The position numbers and the translations under genes were made by a program. The notes beneath the pieces are model-generated. The model saw only the letters and a list, made by a program, of their open reading frames with translations. It was not told the origin of the DNA and made no database searches. DNA of 64,000 nt from an uncultured delta proteobacterium (GTDB lineage: Bacteria; Desulfobacterota; Desulfuromonadia; Desulfuromonadales; BM103): the NCBI GenBank assembly GCA_963715335.1, contig CAVQRZ010000009.1, positions 96,001 through 160,000 on the forward strand, written 5' to 3'. Shown piece after piece: positions 31,065-41,703 of this stretch (the first letter of the stretch is position 1; every line of letters begins with the position of its first letter).

Positions 31065-31934
31065 TTAACCAAGTCTTATCAGCGCCGCCCCGCAGACAAT
31101 CAGAACGGCTGCGGTGAAGCGAATCCGACCGGAGGTCTCGCCGAGGAACAGTACGCCGATCAGGACACCGATCAGCAGGCTGACCTGACGCACCGGCACC
31201 GCGTAGCTCATCGGCGCCAGCTGCAGACCGTAACGGAAACTGAGGAAAGACGCCATGATCACCGGCCCCGCAGCGAGCACCAGGAACCGGTGGCTGCGGT
31301 ACTCGGCCATGATCCGCCCGCGGTACTTGGGCCGCATGATATTTATGGTCATGAACTGCAGCATGAAAAAAATCAGCAGGAAGGTGAAATGGAAGGGCGG
31401 GTAGAGCATCACGCCGGTCTTGTCGATAACCGCGCCGATCGAGTAGATGAAGCCCGCAGCGAGGGCAGCCAGTACGGCCGGGTCACGCAAACTGCGAAAC
31501 GGCCGGACGACTTCGCTCCAGGCCAACGCCTTGAGCTGGATCGAGTAGGCGCCGAACAGGATCAAAAGAATCCCCGCGATGCCGAGCCCGGAAACCTTTT
31601 CGCCGAGCAACAGGATGCCCCAGATCGGCGCCCAGAACATCGCCGTCTGCGCCAGCGGATAAATGATCGAAAGGTCGCCGTCACGATAGGCGCGGCCGGA
31701 GAAGAGGTGATAGAGCATGAAGCAGAGCGCCCCGACCGCGGCGAGGCCGATGACGCGCCAGGAAAGGGCAGGGAACGGCCCGACCAGCGGTAGCGCCAGG
31801 GTCATCAGGCCGCATGAAGAGGCAAACATCCACCAGATGAAGACGGTCTTGTCCCCGCTGCGTTTGACCAGCAGATTCCAGATAGCGTGCATCAGCGCGG
31901 AAAACAGAATTAATGTGAAAGCGTATGACGACAT
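31065..31934 (-). CDS. EamA/DMT family transporter
   Basis: HAIWN, DLSIIYPL; about 10 TMs. Confidence 0.85.
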   Translation of the reverse strand: MSSYAFTLILFSALMHAIWNLLVKRSGDKTVFIWWMFASSCGLMTLALPLVGPFPALSWRVIGLAAVGALCFMLYHLFSGRAYRDGDLSIIYPLAQTAMFWAPIWGILLLGEKVSGLGIAGILLILFGAYSIQLKALAWSEVVRPFRSLRDPAVLAALAAGFIYSIGAVIDKTGVMLYPPFHFTFLLIFFMLQFMTINIMRPKYRGRIMAEYRSHRFLVLAAGPVIMASFLSFRYGLQLAPMSYAVPVRQVSLLIGVLIGVLFLGETSGRIRFTAAVLIVCGAALIRLG

Positions 31935-32134
31935 GAGGGAGCCATCATAGCGGAGACAAAACTTTAGCGAAACTAAAATTATTTCGAGAGCCTAAACATG
32001 CATCGGAAAGATTGACAGCGGTACTCCTGCTGATATGCTGAACTAAGAAAAACTGCTAATGATTTCAGGAAGATGTCAAAAGATAATGGCCTATAACACT
32101 TAACCGCCTCCGTAGCTGGGAAGGAGACTGATTT

Positions 32135-33542
32135 ATGTCCGCAACCCGTACCGAACAGGATTCCATGGGCGCCATGACCGTGCCTGCTGACGCTCTTTAC
32201 GGCGCCCAGACCGCCCGGGCCCGTGACAACTTCACGATTTCCGGAATCGGCTTTCCGCGCCCCTTCCTGCGTGCGCTCGGCATGGTCAAGGAGCATGCCG
32301 CCAGGGTCAATCGCGAGCTTGGCCTGCTCGACGAGCGCATCGCCCTGGCAGTCATGGATGCCGCCGATGAAGTGATTATTGGTGACCTTGACGACCATTT
32401 TCCCCTGGATATTTTCCAAACCGGTTCCGGCACCAGCACCAACATGAACGCCAACGAAGTGATTGCCAACCGGGCCTGCCAGCTGCTCGGCGAGAACCTC
32501 GGCAGTCGCACCGTGCACCCCAACGACCATGTCAATTACGGCCAGTCGAGCAACGACGTCATCCCCACGGTCATGCATCTTGCGGCAGCGGTGGAGATCC
32601 GGGAGAGCCTGCAGCCGGCACTCATCGATCTGGGCAAAACCCTGGGCGCCAAAGCCCTTGAGTTCGACGACATCGTCACCATTGCCAGGACCCACCTGCA
32701 GGACGCCACACCGATCCGCCTTGGTCAGATCTTCGGCGGCTACTTCCGTCAGGTGACCACGGTCACCGCCGAACTGGACCGGGCTCTGGACGGTCTCTGC
32801 GAATTACCGCTCGGCGGTACGGCGGTCGGGACCGGGCTCAACACCCACCCCGAATTCGCCCAGCGGGTGATTGCCGGGCTGGCCGAGGTGACCGGGTTGC
32901 CGCTGCGCGAGGCCAAGGACCACTTTGCGGCACAGGCCGGCAAGGAACAGGTGGTGGCTGCCAGCGGCGCCTCTAAAGACCACGGCTGTCGCACTCTTCA
33001 AGATCGCCAACGACATTCGTTTTCTGGCCAGCGGTCCGCGCTGCGGTCTCGGCGAGCTGCAGCTGCCGGCAGTGCAACCCGGCAGTTCAATCATGCCCGG
33101 CAAGGTCAACCCGGTCATGGCGGAGAGCCTCATGCAGGTCTGTGCCCAGGTGGTTGGCAACGATGCGGCCATCACCCTTGGCGGCTTGTCGGGGAATTTT
33201 GAGCTGAACGTGATGATGCCGATGATGGCGCACAACCTGCTGCAATCGATCGACCTGCTGACCAATGCGATCGACCAGTTTGACGAGCGCTGCCTGCAGG
33301 GACTGACCGCCAACCGGGAGCGTTGCGAAGGCTTGATTGAGGAGAGCCTGGCCATGTGTACGGCCCTGGCCCCGGTGATCGGCTACGACCGTGCCGCGGC
33401 AATTGCCAAGCAGGCCCACGCAACCGGCAAGACCGTGCGCGAGATCGCCCTGGCGGAGAAGGTGCTGCCAGATTACGAAGTGGAGCGCCTGCTCGACCCG
33501 CGGCCGATGACCGAAGCGGGGATTCCGGGGAAAACCAGATGA
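32135..33542 (+). CDS. fumC: Class II fumarate hydratase (apparent +1 frameshift near 32972)
   Basis: QTGSGTSTNMN, HPNDHVN, THLQDATP in one frame; GSSIMPGKVNP in the next; ASGA|LKTTAV junction. Confidence 0.88.
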
Positions 33543-33687
33543 ACGTGGCGCGTGGCGCGAAGAAGCTCTTAAAACCAGAACCTTGTCTCAGCAATTGGTT
33601 CTGCTTGACGAGAATATGTAGATCGTTGATTAACAAGAAGGTTGCTTTGTCGCGCTACTCGCCACGCGCTACGCACCACGTTTAACA

Positions 33688-34224
33688 ATGACTCGAAAAG
33701 AATCCTACCGGCAGTTGCTGCTACGATACAACAAGGAGCGCCAGCGCAACCTGCTGGCCAGGCCGGGAGCGCATGAGTTCGTGCTGGTGCTCGACCGGCT
33801 CAAGCCCGGCTTCAATGTCGGCAAGATCTTTCGCAGCGCCGAAGCCTTCGGCGCCAGCGCCGTACACCTGGTCAATATCGGACCCTTTGACCCGTCTCCC
33901 GCCAGGGGCTCGTTCCGCAAGGTCCCGGCACTTTTCCATGACTGCTTCGCAGATTGTCATGCCGACCTGGCCAAACAGGGCTACAGCTTCTTCTTGCTCG
34001 ACCCGGCGGGGGCGGTCTCACTTTGTGCGACAGAACTGCCGCTCAGGAGCGCTTTCGTGCTGGGCCATGAGGAGTTCGGCTGCAGTTTCGAGCCGCAGGA
34101 TTATCCGGAACTGCAGAAGTTGATCATTCCGCAGTTCGGCAGCGTGCAGAGCCTAAACGTCAGCATCGCCGCTTCGGTGGTTATGTATGAATACGTTCGG
34201 CAAAGGATCGTAGCAGGAGCATAA
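33688..34224 (+). CDS. SpoU/TrmH family RNA methyltransferase
   Basis: NVGKIFRSAEAFG, LGHEEFG, SLNVSIA. Confidence 0.88.
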   Translation: MTRKESYRQLLLRYNKERQRNLLARPGAHEFVLVLDRLKPGFNVGKIFRSAEAFGASAVHLVNIGPFDPSPARGSFRKVPALFHDCFADCHADLAKQGYSFFLLDPAGAVSLCATELPLRSAFVLGHEEFGCSFEPQDYPELQKLIIPQFGSVQSLNVSIAASVVMYEYVRQRIVAGA

Positions 34225-34342
34225 AGCATTGCTCTAATTCATCCCCTCCATCCCTGTTAATTCAGATCAAGTTTTAAATCAGATTCGATCAGATGTGATC
34301 AGTGGCCAACGGCTGTTCAGCTTTCTCGTCCCGTGTTCCGCG

Positions 34343-34660
34343 TCACACGTCCCGGGCTTTTCCACACTTCCAGCAGGAGCCGAACTGCCCTTCCAACTCC
34401 TCCCCGCATGACGGACAGGCCCATGGAGCAGAGGTGACATCTGTTTTCAGCCAGCTGTCGAGCAGTGATTTGGCCCGCGGCCAGACTTCATCGTCAACCA
34501 CCCAGAGTTCCGGGTAACATTCGAGAAAAGGGATTTCGCCGAGCGCGGCGAAGAGTTGTTCGTTGCGGATCAGGCAGTCGACACCCTCACGCTCCAGGAT
34601 TTCCTTGAGCAGGCCGGCTTCGGCACGATCAGCGAGGGAAAAGGTGTGCAGCCTCTTCAT
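34343..34660 (-). CDS. DUF2007-like protein with C-terminal zinc ribbon
   Basis: EAGLLKEILE..G..C.IRNE; WACPSCGE...CWKC. Confidence 0.78.
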   Translation of the reverse strand: MKRLHTFSLADRAEAGLLKEILEREGVDCLIRNEQLFAALGEIPFLECYPELWVVDDEVWPRAKSLLDSWLKTDVTSAPWACPSCGEELEGQFGSCWKCGKARDV

Positions 34661-35793
34661 CCTTGCAATCTTCCGCTCAGGGCGCCGAGCAGACCGTCGC
34701 CGAGCGCTGCCTTCTGCCACTGCTTCAAACCGACGATTTTATCCAGTTCGGCTGCCGACTGCGGATTCGCCTGGGCCAGTGCGTCGAGCGCAAAATTGTT
34801 GATCAGGACACCGGGATCCAGGGCATACTTTACCGCCTCTTTCTCGCGCCATTTCCGCAGCACTTTGAAGCGGTCCTCGCGGGCCGGGTCTCTCGGTTTG
34901 CGCGGAAGTCGCGGGAAGCTCGGCAGTTGTTCCTCCGGGATGTTCCTGCCTTTGGCAACGGCGGCCAGCAGCGCACTGCCAAGCCGCTCAATCAGCCGGG
35001 GGGGCAAGCCCTCAATGCCGCGCAGGCCACTTTTCTCCTGCGGCATGCGCTGAGCCAGTTCAAGCAGGGACTTGTTGCCGAGGACCTTGTAAACCGGCCT
35101 GTCCAGCCTTGCGCCTTCGCCCTCCCGCCATTGCAGGAGGCATTCGAGCACTCCGAGCTCGCGACGCGACAAGGTCCCGGCGCCCTTGGCCCGCACACAG
35201 AGCGGGCCGCTGTTGTCGGCAAACCGCACCTCTTCGAGCAGGGCGCATTCTTCGGCAACCCAGCTTGTCCGCCCAAGGGTCTCCAGGCGTTCAACGAAAA
35301 GGTCCATCAGTCGATGCAGGTAATTGGTGTCGGCGGCAGCGTAGCGAATCATCTCGGCTGGCAGGGGGCGCTGCGACCAGTCGGCTTTCTGGTATTTCTT
35401 GTCCAGCTCGACGCCGAAGTACCTGTTCAGCAGGTCCGCCAGCCCAACCCGCTCTTCACCGAGCAGCTGAGCGCTGATCATGGTGTCGAAGAGGCCGTGC
35501 ACGTTCAGGTCGAAATCGCGCTTCAGGCTGCGCAGGTCGTAATCGGCGGCGTGGAAGATCTTGCGAATCGCCGGATCGGCAAAGACCGGCCGCAACGGCC
35601 CGAGGTTGGTCGCCGCGAGAGGATCGATCAGCACGGTTCGCTGCGTGGTCGAAATCTGGATCAGGCAGATCTTTTCCTGGTAATTGTGCAGCGAATCCGC
35701 TTCCAGGTCGACGGCTATCGCCGTCTCCGCTGCGAGTTGCCCGGCCAGCTCGGCAACTTTGGCATCGGTAGTCAGTAATTCGATATGTTTCAT
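34657..35793 (-). CDS. rnd: Ribonuclease D
   Basis: AVDLEADS, KIFHAADYD, DWSQRPL, YAAAD; HRDC domains. Confidence 0.9.
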   Translation of the reverse strand: MKHIELLTTDAKVAELAGQLAAETAIAVDLEADSLHNYQEKICLIQISTTQRTVLIDPLAATNLGPLRPVFADPAIRKIFHAADYDLRSLKRDFDLNVHGLFDTMISAQLLGEERVGLADLLNRYFGVELDKKYQKADWSQRPLPAEMIRYAAADTNYLHRLMDLFVERLETLGRTSWVAEECALLEEVRFADNSGPLCVRAKGAGTLSRRELGVLECLLQWREGEGARLDRPVYKVLGNKSLLELAQRMPQEKSGLRGIEGLPPRLIERLGSALLAAVAKGRNIPEEQLPSFPRLPRKPRDPAREDRFKVLRKWREKEAVKYALDPGVLINNFALDALAQANPQSAAELDKIVGLKQWQKAALGDGLLGALSGRLQG

Positions 35794-35900
35794 TGCAACC
35801 CTTGTTCATTGGAAAAGGTAAAAAGTTAAACGTGACCCGTAATTAGAGGAAAGACCTTGTCGGTGGAGCTGAACCTTTTTACCTTTTACTTTTTACGTGT

Positions 35901-38282
35901 CTAGACCATCTCCTGCAAAAAATTGAATGTCGAGGTCTCGGGCAGGCTCACATCCCTCCTGAATGCCGACAACACCTGTCCGCATTCTGGCGTGGACGCT
36001 CCCAGGTGGGAGAGGTCGACGACAAAACGGCGGCAGCCCATCCGCTGCAGCTCAGCGAGATGACCAAGCAGAGAGAAGTCCTGTTCCGGACGCACGATCG
36101 TGAGGCCGGTTCGGTTGTCGACCCGGTATGCCTCACCGCGGTCGGAAACGACCGGCCGGTCGGCCTTGACGCCGGGCAGGGGAATCCGTGAAATCATCAT
36201 CGGCAGGTTGGCGTAAACCGTCACGGCCAGCGACAGGCCGGTCTGACGGTTGAGCACAGCAGCAAAGTTGTCGCGATCATCCTCGACGTAGAGCGTCGCC
36301 GCCGCAAGCCCCAGTTCACGCCATGCGCTGGCAGCCTGGCTGTTGGTAGTGAAGAGCCGGTAACCGCTCTCCAGAAGCAGGTCCTGCCGGTCTCCAAACA
36401 GCATGAACTGGCCGATATTCTGCAGGCGGAAACGCCGGAACCCCAGGTCGATCAGCTGTTCGACTTCAGTCTGGAACCCGGGCCAGTCAGCATCGAAGAT
36501 CGCCAGCGGCAGGTCCCAGACAACCCGTTCCGGATGCTTCAGGGCGGCACGGTTGCCGGACAAAAGCTTGCCGGAGACACCCGTCGACAGCGGCAGGATC
36601 AGTTCATCAACCTCGCCCTGCTTAAGCAGAGCAAGGTCCCGGATGTTGCTGATGGCAACGGCCAGACGAACGGCTTCATTGCAGCCAGTCCCGGCCGGGA
36701 CCAGGTCGGCCATCGCCTGGCGACGGTGGTCGGTGCGGGCCTGGTGCTGACGGTCCTGCAGCAGGCCGGACAGCTCCTGGTAGAATTCGCGACGGATGGC
36801 ATTGAGCCTGCTTAACGGCAGAACTACTGCGGGCAAGTCGCCGCAAACCAGCTGTCCCAGGGTCAGGGGGAGTTGCCCGGTCTTGCCGAACACCTTGGCC
36901 AGCACCTCTGCGGAGAGCGGCCGGTCCTTGGCCGGGAAGGCTTCGACCTCGTAGGCTCTGGCCAATGACAAGCCGTGACAGGTGGCGCCCAGTTCGATTC
37001 TCCCAGCGGTCGGCATGGCGATGGCGAGATCGACCACCGCTTCGCCGGGGGTGATACTTTCCAGCCGTTTGCGACAGGCGGATTGGCTTAAGGAGAAGGC
37101 CTGCCCGGAGGACACCTTGTAGACGAGGTCGCCGCTCTTAAAGTTTTTGTCCGGCGGCGAGCCGACCGAGAGCCGCTCGTTTCTGCCGACGCGATTGACC
37201 GGTTTGCCGGCCTGACGCAGGTCGCGGATCGTGAACGCCGAACCAGGCTTGTCGGATGCCGGCTGGATGCGCAGGCGGTCGCCGAGATGCAGCGGGTCGC
37301 GTGTCGAAAAGGTCAGCTGCCCTCCCTGGCAACGTTCGACATTGCCGATCAGGCGGCCGGTGGCGCCGTGCACCCCGGGATTGACCATGTCGGTCGGTGT
37401 GCTCCCCGGCAGGAAGCCGCGGGTCGGCTGACGGCCGAACGATTCCTTGAGCAACACCTTGGCTTCACCGATTGCCGCAGACCTGGTCCGCTCTGAGGCA
37501 TCGATGACCATGCGGTAGGCCTGTACGACATTGGCTACGTACTCGGCGCTCTTCATCCGGCCCTCGATCTTGAAGCTCATGATCCCGGCCTCGGCCAGCT
37601 CCGGCAGCAGGTCGATTGCGGAGAGGTCGTTGGGCGAGAAGTAGTAACCATCCTTGCCCTTGTGGTGGTAGCGGCGCCGGCAGGGCTGGGCACAGCGCCC
37701 GCGGTTGCCACTCATCCCGCCAAGCCAGGAGGAGAAGCTGCACTGGCCGGACAGAGAGAAACAGTGGGCACCGTGAATAAAGTGCTCGAGGTCGAGTGCC
37801 GTTTCACTCCTGATTGCGGTGATTTCATCGAGGCTCAGCTCACGGGCCAGGACAACGCGGGAGAACCCGAGCTGTTCGGCCATCTGCACCCCGGCGCTGT
37901 TGTGAATGGTCAGTTGCGTCGAGGAGTGCAGCTCCAGACCGGGAAAGTGCCGCCGCGCCAGGCGCCAGATCCCCAGGTCCTGAAGGATGATCGCATCGAT
38001 CCCGATCGCCTCGACGGCGGCCAGGACATCGATCAGGTGAGACAGCTCCTTCTCTTTGACCAGGGTGTTGAGGGTGAGAAAGACTTTCTTCTGGCGGCCA
38101 TGAGCATAGCCGACCATGCGCTCCAGCTCATCGCGGGTGACGTTCTTGGCCTTGGCCCGCGCGGAGAAATCCTTGAGCCCCACATACACGGCATCGGCGC
38201 CGAATTCCATGGCGGCAAAAAATGCCTCCAGGCTGCCGGCCGGAGCGAGCAGCTCCGGTTTATGTAACGGTTTTCTCGTCAT
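35901..38282 (-). CDS. Peptidase U32 family protein (RlhA/TrhP-like Fe-S RNA hydroxylase)
   Basis: PELLAPAG, HGAHC...GQC...NRGRCAQPCR, KIEGRMK; long C-terminal extension. Confidence 0.85.
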   Translation of the reverse strand: MTRKPLHKPELLAPAGSLEAFFAAMEFGADAVYVGLKDFSARAKAKNVTRDELERMVGYAHGRQKKVFLTLNTLVKEKELSHLIDVLAAVEAIGIDAIILQDLGIWRLARRHFPGLELHSSTQLTIHNSAGVQMAEQLGFSRVVLARELSLDEITAIRSETALDLEHFIHGAHCFSLSGQCSFSSWLGGMSGNRGRCAQPCRRRYHHKGKDGYYFSPNDLSAIDLLPELAEAGIMSFKIEGRMKSAEYVANVVQAYRMVIDASERTRSAAIGEAKVLLKESFGRQPTRGFLPGSTPTDMVNPGVHGATGRLIGNVERCQGGQLTFSTRDPLHLGDRLRIQPASDKPGSAFTIRDLRQAGKPVNRVGRNERLSVGSPPDKNFKSGDLVYKVSSGQAFSLSQSACRKRLESITPGEAVVDLAIAMPTAGRIELGATCHGLSLARAYEVEAFPAKDRPLSAEVLAKVFGKTGQLPLTLGQLVCGDLPAVVLPLSRLNAIRREFYQELSGLLQDRQHQARTDHRRQAMADLVPAGTGCNEAVRLAVAISNIRDLALLKQGEVDELILPLSTGVSGKLLSGNRAALKHPERVVWDLPLAIFDADWPGFQTEVEQLIDLGFRRFRLQNIGQFMLFGDRQDLLLESGYRLFTTNSQAASAWRELGLAAATLYVEDDRDNFAAVLNRQTGLSLAVTVYANLPMMISRIPLPGVKADRPVVSDRGEAYRVDNRTGLTIVRPEQDFSLLGHLAELQRMGCRRFVVDLSHLGASTPECGQVLSAFRRDVSLPETSTFNFLQEMV

Positions 38283-38536
38283 GTCGTCTCTACGTTAGAG
38301 AATAGCGTGTTTTCAGGGTTGCGCTGAAAGAAAAAGCCGGGAGGAACCCGGCCTGTCCGACGTCCGGGGACTCTATCATGCGAACATACGGGCTGGCAAG
38401 CGGCAGATGCGGGCGACGTCGCAGCCCTCTCTCTCTCGCTTCTTGCCTGTTTTTTTGAGAGAGGCTCTGAAGACGGTGATGTCCGCGATGCGCAGCGCGC
38501 ACCTTGGCCAATCCAGGAGGCAAAAGCAAAGACCCC

Positions 38537-38574
38537 TTCCTCAAAAGCGCAATCCGATTCCTCATATGAGGAAT
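38537..38574. promoter_or_regulatory. Candidate upstream activator sites (perfect palindrome ATTCCTCATATGAGGAAT plus a degenerate copy)
   Basis: 18-bp perfect palindrome at 38557-38574 and TTCCTCAAAAGCGCAAT at 38537; 50-90 bp upstream of the sigma54 motif. Confidence 0.6.
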
Positions 38575-38625
38575 ATTTTTTCTTTGGCACGGACAAAAAC
38601 CCTTAAAAATCAGCCGGTTAAGTTT

Positions 38626-38641
38626 TGGCTCGGACTTTGCT
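38626..38641 (+). promoter_or_regulatory. Sigma54 (-24/-12) promoter
   Basis: TGGCTCG-GACT-TTGCT versus consensus TGGCACG-N4-TTGCW; the operon ends in a sigma54 activator. Confidence 0.72.
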
Positions 38642-38704
38642 AAACAAATAGACAGCACCATGACGGTGCGCACAAACGCGTTTCCCCTCAAGGAGAAGAA
38701 GAAC

Positions 38705-39061
38705 ATGAAGAAGGCCATTAAATTGCTGTTGGTATCGCTCGCGGTAATGACCCTTTTAACTGCGTGCAAAAGTGAACCGCCAACCGCGCAAATGAGCGAG
38801 GCAAGGCAGTTAATCGATGCGGTGATCGCTGCTGGCGGACAAGAGTTTTCTCCGGACAAGATCGTATCGCTCAACAAACGCTACGAGGAGGCTTTGGCCG
38901 ATATCAAAGCCCAAGAGGATTACTTCTTCAAGAATTACTCGGTTGCGCAATTCACCCTGAACCGGGTCATGGACGACTGCGACGCTCTGAAAGTCTCGCT
39001 GGCAGCCAGTAAGGGTATCGTTGTCGCTGCCGCGCCCAAGCGTGTCAAGTACGCGGAATAA
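38705..39061 (+). CDS. Small helical lipoprotein (DUF4398-like)
   Basis: Lipobox LTAC; paralogous to the N-terminal half of 39265. Confidence 0.75.
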   Translation: MKKAIKLLLVSLAVMTLLTACKSEPPTAQMSEARQLIDAVIAAGGQEFSPDKIVSLNKRYEEALADIKAQEDYFFKNYSVAQFTLNRVMDDCDALKVSLAASKGIVVAAAPKRVKYAE

Positions 39062-39264
39062 TAAAGGCAAGGTCTGCTCCCGGAGGGTCTGAAACGTCCG
39101 CAGCGAGTGACAAAAATACCATCATAAGCAACAGGGACACTCGATGACTCGGGTGTCCCTGTCGTCCGACAGGTTCCCGATTGTGCGGACACAGGCAAAC
39201 ACTGATCACAACAGTCGCTACCATGGCGGTAGCCATAAACCATGCTTCATAAGGAGATTTCACA

Positions 39265-39867
39265 ATGCAAAGCAACTTCAAAAATTTAGTGGTATCCATG
39301 ATGGCCGTCGTGCTACTGACAGCATGTGCCGAAGCCCCGAACAATGAGCTGGCCTCGGCGCAGAGCTCAATTGACACAATTGTCAGCGAAGGAGCTGAGA
39401 TTTACACCCCCGAACAGCTGAAGTCGATCAACAACAAGCTCGAGGAGGCCAAAGCCGAACTCAAAGTCCAGGACGGCAACTTTTTCAAAAACTACGATTT
39501 AGCGAAACACACCCTTGCACAAGTCAAATCTGACGCCGACGCATTGAAAGGCCAGATCGCCCAGCGCAAGGAAGAGTTGAAAGTTGCTGCCACTACGGCC
39601 CTCTCAGAAGCTGTGGCCGCGCTTACCGAAGCCAAGGCGATGCTCGAAGTCGCACCGCAGGGCAAGGGCTCGCTGGCTGACCTCCAGGCAATGAAGAGCG
39701 ATGTCGTCGGTCTTGAAGCAGAACTGGAAGGGATCCAGCCGCAGATTGATTCCGGCGAATACATCGCTGCCGCCGAAAAGGCCAATGCCGTTGCCGCCCG
39801 GGCGATGACGATCAACAGCGATATCAGCCAGGCCCGTGAAAAAATAGCGGCGGCAAAGAAGAAGTAA
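39265..39867 (+). CDS. Ala/Glu/Lys-rich coiled-coil lipoprotein ending in KKK
   Basis: Strong RBS AAGGAG; lipobox LTAC; helical composition. Confidence 0.82.
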   Translation: MQSNFKNLVVSMMAVVLLTACAEAPNNELASAQSSIDTIVSEGAEIYTPEQLKSINNKLEEAKAELKVQDGNFFKNYDLAKHTLAQVKSDADALKGQIAQRKEELKVAATTALSEAVAALTEAKAMLEVAPQGKGSLADLQAMKSDVVGLEAELEGIQPQIDSGEYIAAAEKANAVAARAMTINSDISQAREKIAAAKKK

Positions 39868-39910
39868 ACTATTTCCTGCACAGCGCAGCAACGGGAGGTC
39901 CTGCCGGTCG

Positions 39911-41005
39911 ATGAGAATGTTTTTTGCCGCTTGGCTGGTTCTTCTGCTGTTCTTGCAGACAGGTTGCAGTGAACCGCCGGTCCCACCGGAGGTCCAACAG
40001 GCGATTGCCCTGGAACAGGACCTTTGGCGGGCCGGCGCGCCTGTTTATGCAGCGGACCTTTACGCCGATTTCAAAGTGGAGCTGCAGATCGGGCGTGATC
40101 GCCTCGCTGTGGAACAGTCCCGCTTCACCTGGCTCCGTGATTACGAAGGGGTGTCGAATATTTTTCGGGCGGTCCTGGCTCGCGGAGCGCAGGTCCATGC
40201 GGTCCTGATCGAGAATCGCAGAGAGCAAACCCGGGAGCTGGCCAGCCGCAGCTATCGGGTCACCGAGCAACTGTTGGCCCTGCGCGACCTCGCCGAGGCG
40301 ATCAAGGACAGTCGCCTCAATACCGGCAACTTGTCCCGTGTCGAGGTCCTCATGGACGAGGTAAAAAGATTTATTGCCACCGATCAGCCGGATCAGGCCT
40401 TTGCCCGATTGACCAAGGCCGAGGCCTTGCTCGACAAGACAATTACCCGGGTCCGGCCGATCCTGGCGCAGTTCGCCGACCGGGCCAATATCGTCCGCTG
40501 GCAATCGATGGTCGATGCTGCCATCCAGGAAAGCCGGCAAGGCCAAGGGCTTGCCCTGGTGATCAACAAATTGCGCCGCCAGCTTTTCGTCTATTCGCAT
40601 GGCAAGCTTAAAGCCAGCTATCCGGTTGGCCTCGGTTTCAACCCGATCGGCGACAAGCTGTATGCGGGCGACCGGGCAACCCCCGAAGGCCGCTACGAGG
40701 TGGTCCGCAAGGTGCCGAACAGCAAGTATTATAAGGCCCTCCTCCTCAACTATCCAAATGCCGAAGATCAGAAGCGGTTTGCAGAAGCCAAACGGCGCAA
40801 GCAGATTCCGGCCAATGCCAAGATCGGTGGCTTGATCGAAATTCACGGTGGCGGCAAAAACGCTGCGACACTCGGCTGCATTGGCCTGGACGATAACCAA
40901 ATGCTCGAATTATTCAAGCGCGTCGAGATCGGCACGCCGGTCGTAATCGTCGCGACAGTCAGCACAGAGAACCTGGTCAGCCTGGCCCTGGAACGGCTGC
41001 GATGA
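39911..41005 (+). CDS. L,D-transpeptidase (YkuD domain) lipoprotein
   Basis: Lipobox-like LQTGC; GDRATPEG, LNYPN, IEIHGG...TLGCIGL catalytic His/Cys. Confidence 0.88.
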   Translation: MRMFFAAWLVLLLFLQTGCSEPPVPPEVQQAIALEQDLWRAGAPVYAADLYADFKVELQIGRDRLAVEQSRFTWLRDYEGVSNIFRAVLARGAQVHAVLIENRREQTRELASRSYRVTEQLLALRDLAEAIKDSRLNTGNLSRVEVLMDEVKRFIATDQPDQAFARLTKAEALLDKTITRVRPILAQFADRANIVRWQSMVDAAIQESRQGQGLALVINKLRRQLFVYSHGKLKASYPVGLGFNPIGDKLYAGDRATPEGRYEVVRKVPNSKYYKALLLNYPNAEDQKRFAEAKRRKQIPANAKIGGLIEIHGGGKNAATLGCIGLDDNQMLELFKRVEIGTPVVIVATVSTENLVSLALERLR

Positions 41006-41703
41006 ACCCTTGGTGGAAATATTTCGCAAGCGCAGCAAGCTGGTTTAAAAAGATCAGCGGCGGTCGGCCTTGGCCTGCAAGGCGTACGCTGGTATGCAGC
41101 TTGATAACCGGCCTGGTACTGGTTGAACTTGCCGGTTTTTACCTGGCCTACCGGACCGTCAAGCCGACGGTCGTCGAAGCCGTGGCACGCGAGCCGAAAT
41201 CGGCAGAACAGTGGCGGATGGCCAATGACCGCCTGAGGCAAAAGATTGCCAGTCAACGGCCCAAAGCAGAATATCTGGTCATCGACACGGCCAGGAACCG
41301 GGTCACGTTGCGCAAAGGCGAGAGCGTTCTGCGCGACATGCTTGCCTCATGTGGCAGTGGCAGCGTGCTTGAGGACCCGGCCAGCAGCCGACGCTGGGTT
41401 TTCGACACCCCACGTGGACTGCATCGCGTTCAATCCAAGGTGAAAAATCCGCTCTGGATCAAACCGGACTGGGCCTTTCTCGAGGCCGGACTGCCGGTGC
41501 CGACGAATCCTTCCCAGCGTGCCGAGGCAGGCGTGATGGGCGACTATGCCCTCGGCCTCGGCAAAGGCTATTTCATTCATGGTACGCTCTACAAGCGCAT
41601 GCTCGGCCGCAATGTGTCGCATGGCTGTGTGCGCCTTGGCGACGAGGACCTTGCTTATCTCTATCGTTCGATCCCGCTCGGGACGAAGGTTATTGTGTTT
41701 TGA
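41002..41703 (+). CDS. L,D-transpeptidase (YkuD domain), membrane-anchored
   Basis: FDTPRG, YFIHGT...SHGCVRL. Confidence 0.9.
   Translation: MNPWWKYFASAASWFKKISGGRPWPARRTLVCSLITGLVLVELAGFYLAYRTVKPTVVEAVAREPKSAEQWRMANDRLRQKIASQRPKAEYLVIDTARNRVTLRKGESVLRDMLASCGSGSVLEDPASSRRWVFDTPRGLHRVQSKVKNPLWIKPDWAFLEAGLPVPTNPSQRAEAGVMGDYALGLGKGYFIHGTLYKRMLGRNVSHGCVRLGDEDLAYLYRSIPLGTKVIVF

Noticed and set aside
32960..32985. Programmed frameshift in fumC (or rsmB)
   Set aside because: No slippery heptamer or stimulatory structure; several similar indels in the window point to sequencing error.
39189..39240. c-di-GMP-I (GEMM) riboswitch-like CACAGGCAAAC...GGTAGCC
   Set aside because: Lacks the GNRA-capped P2, the GCAAA junction and a P3 with tetraloop receptor.
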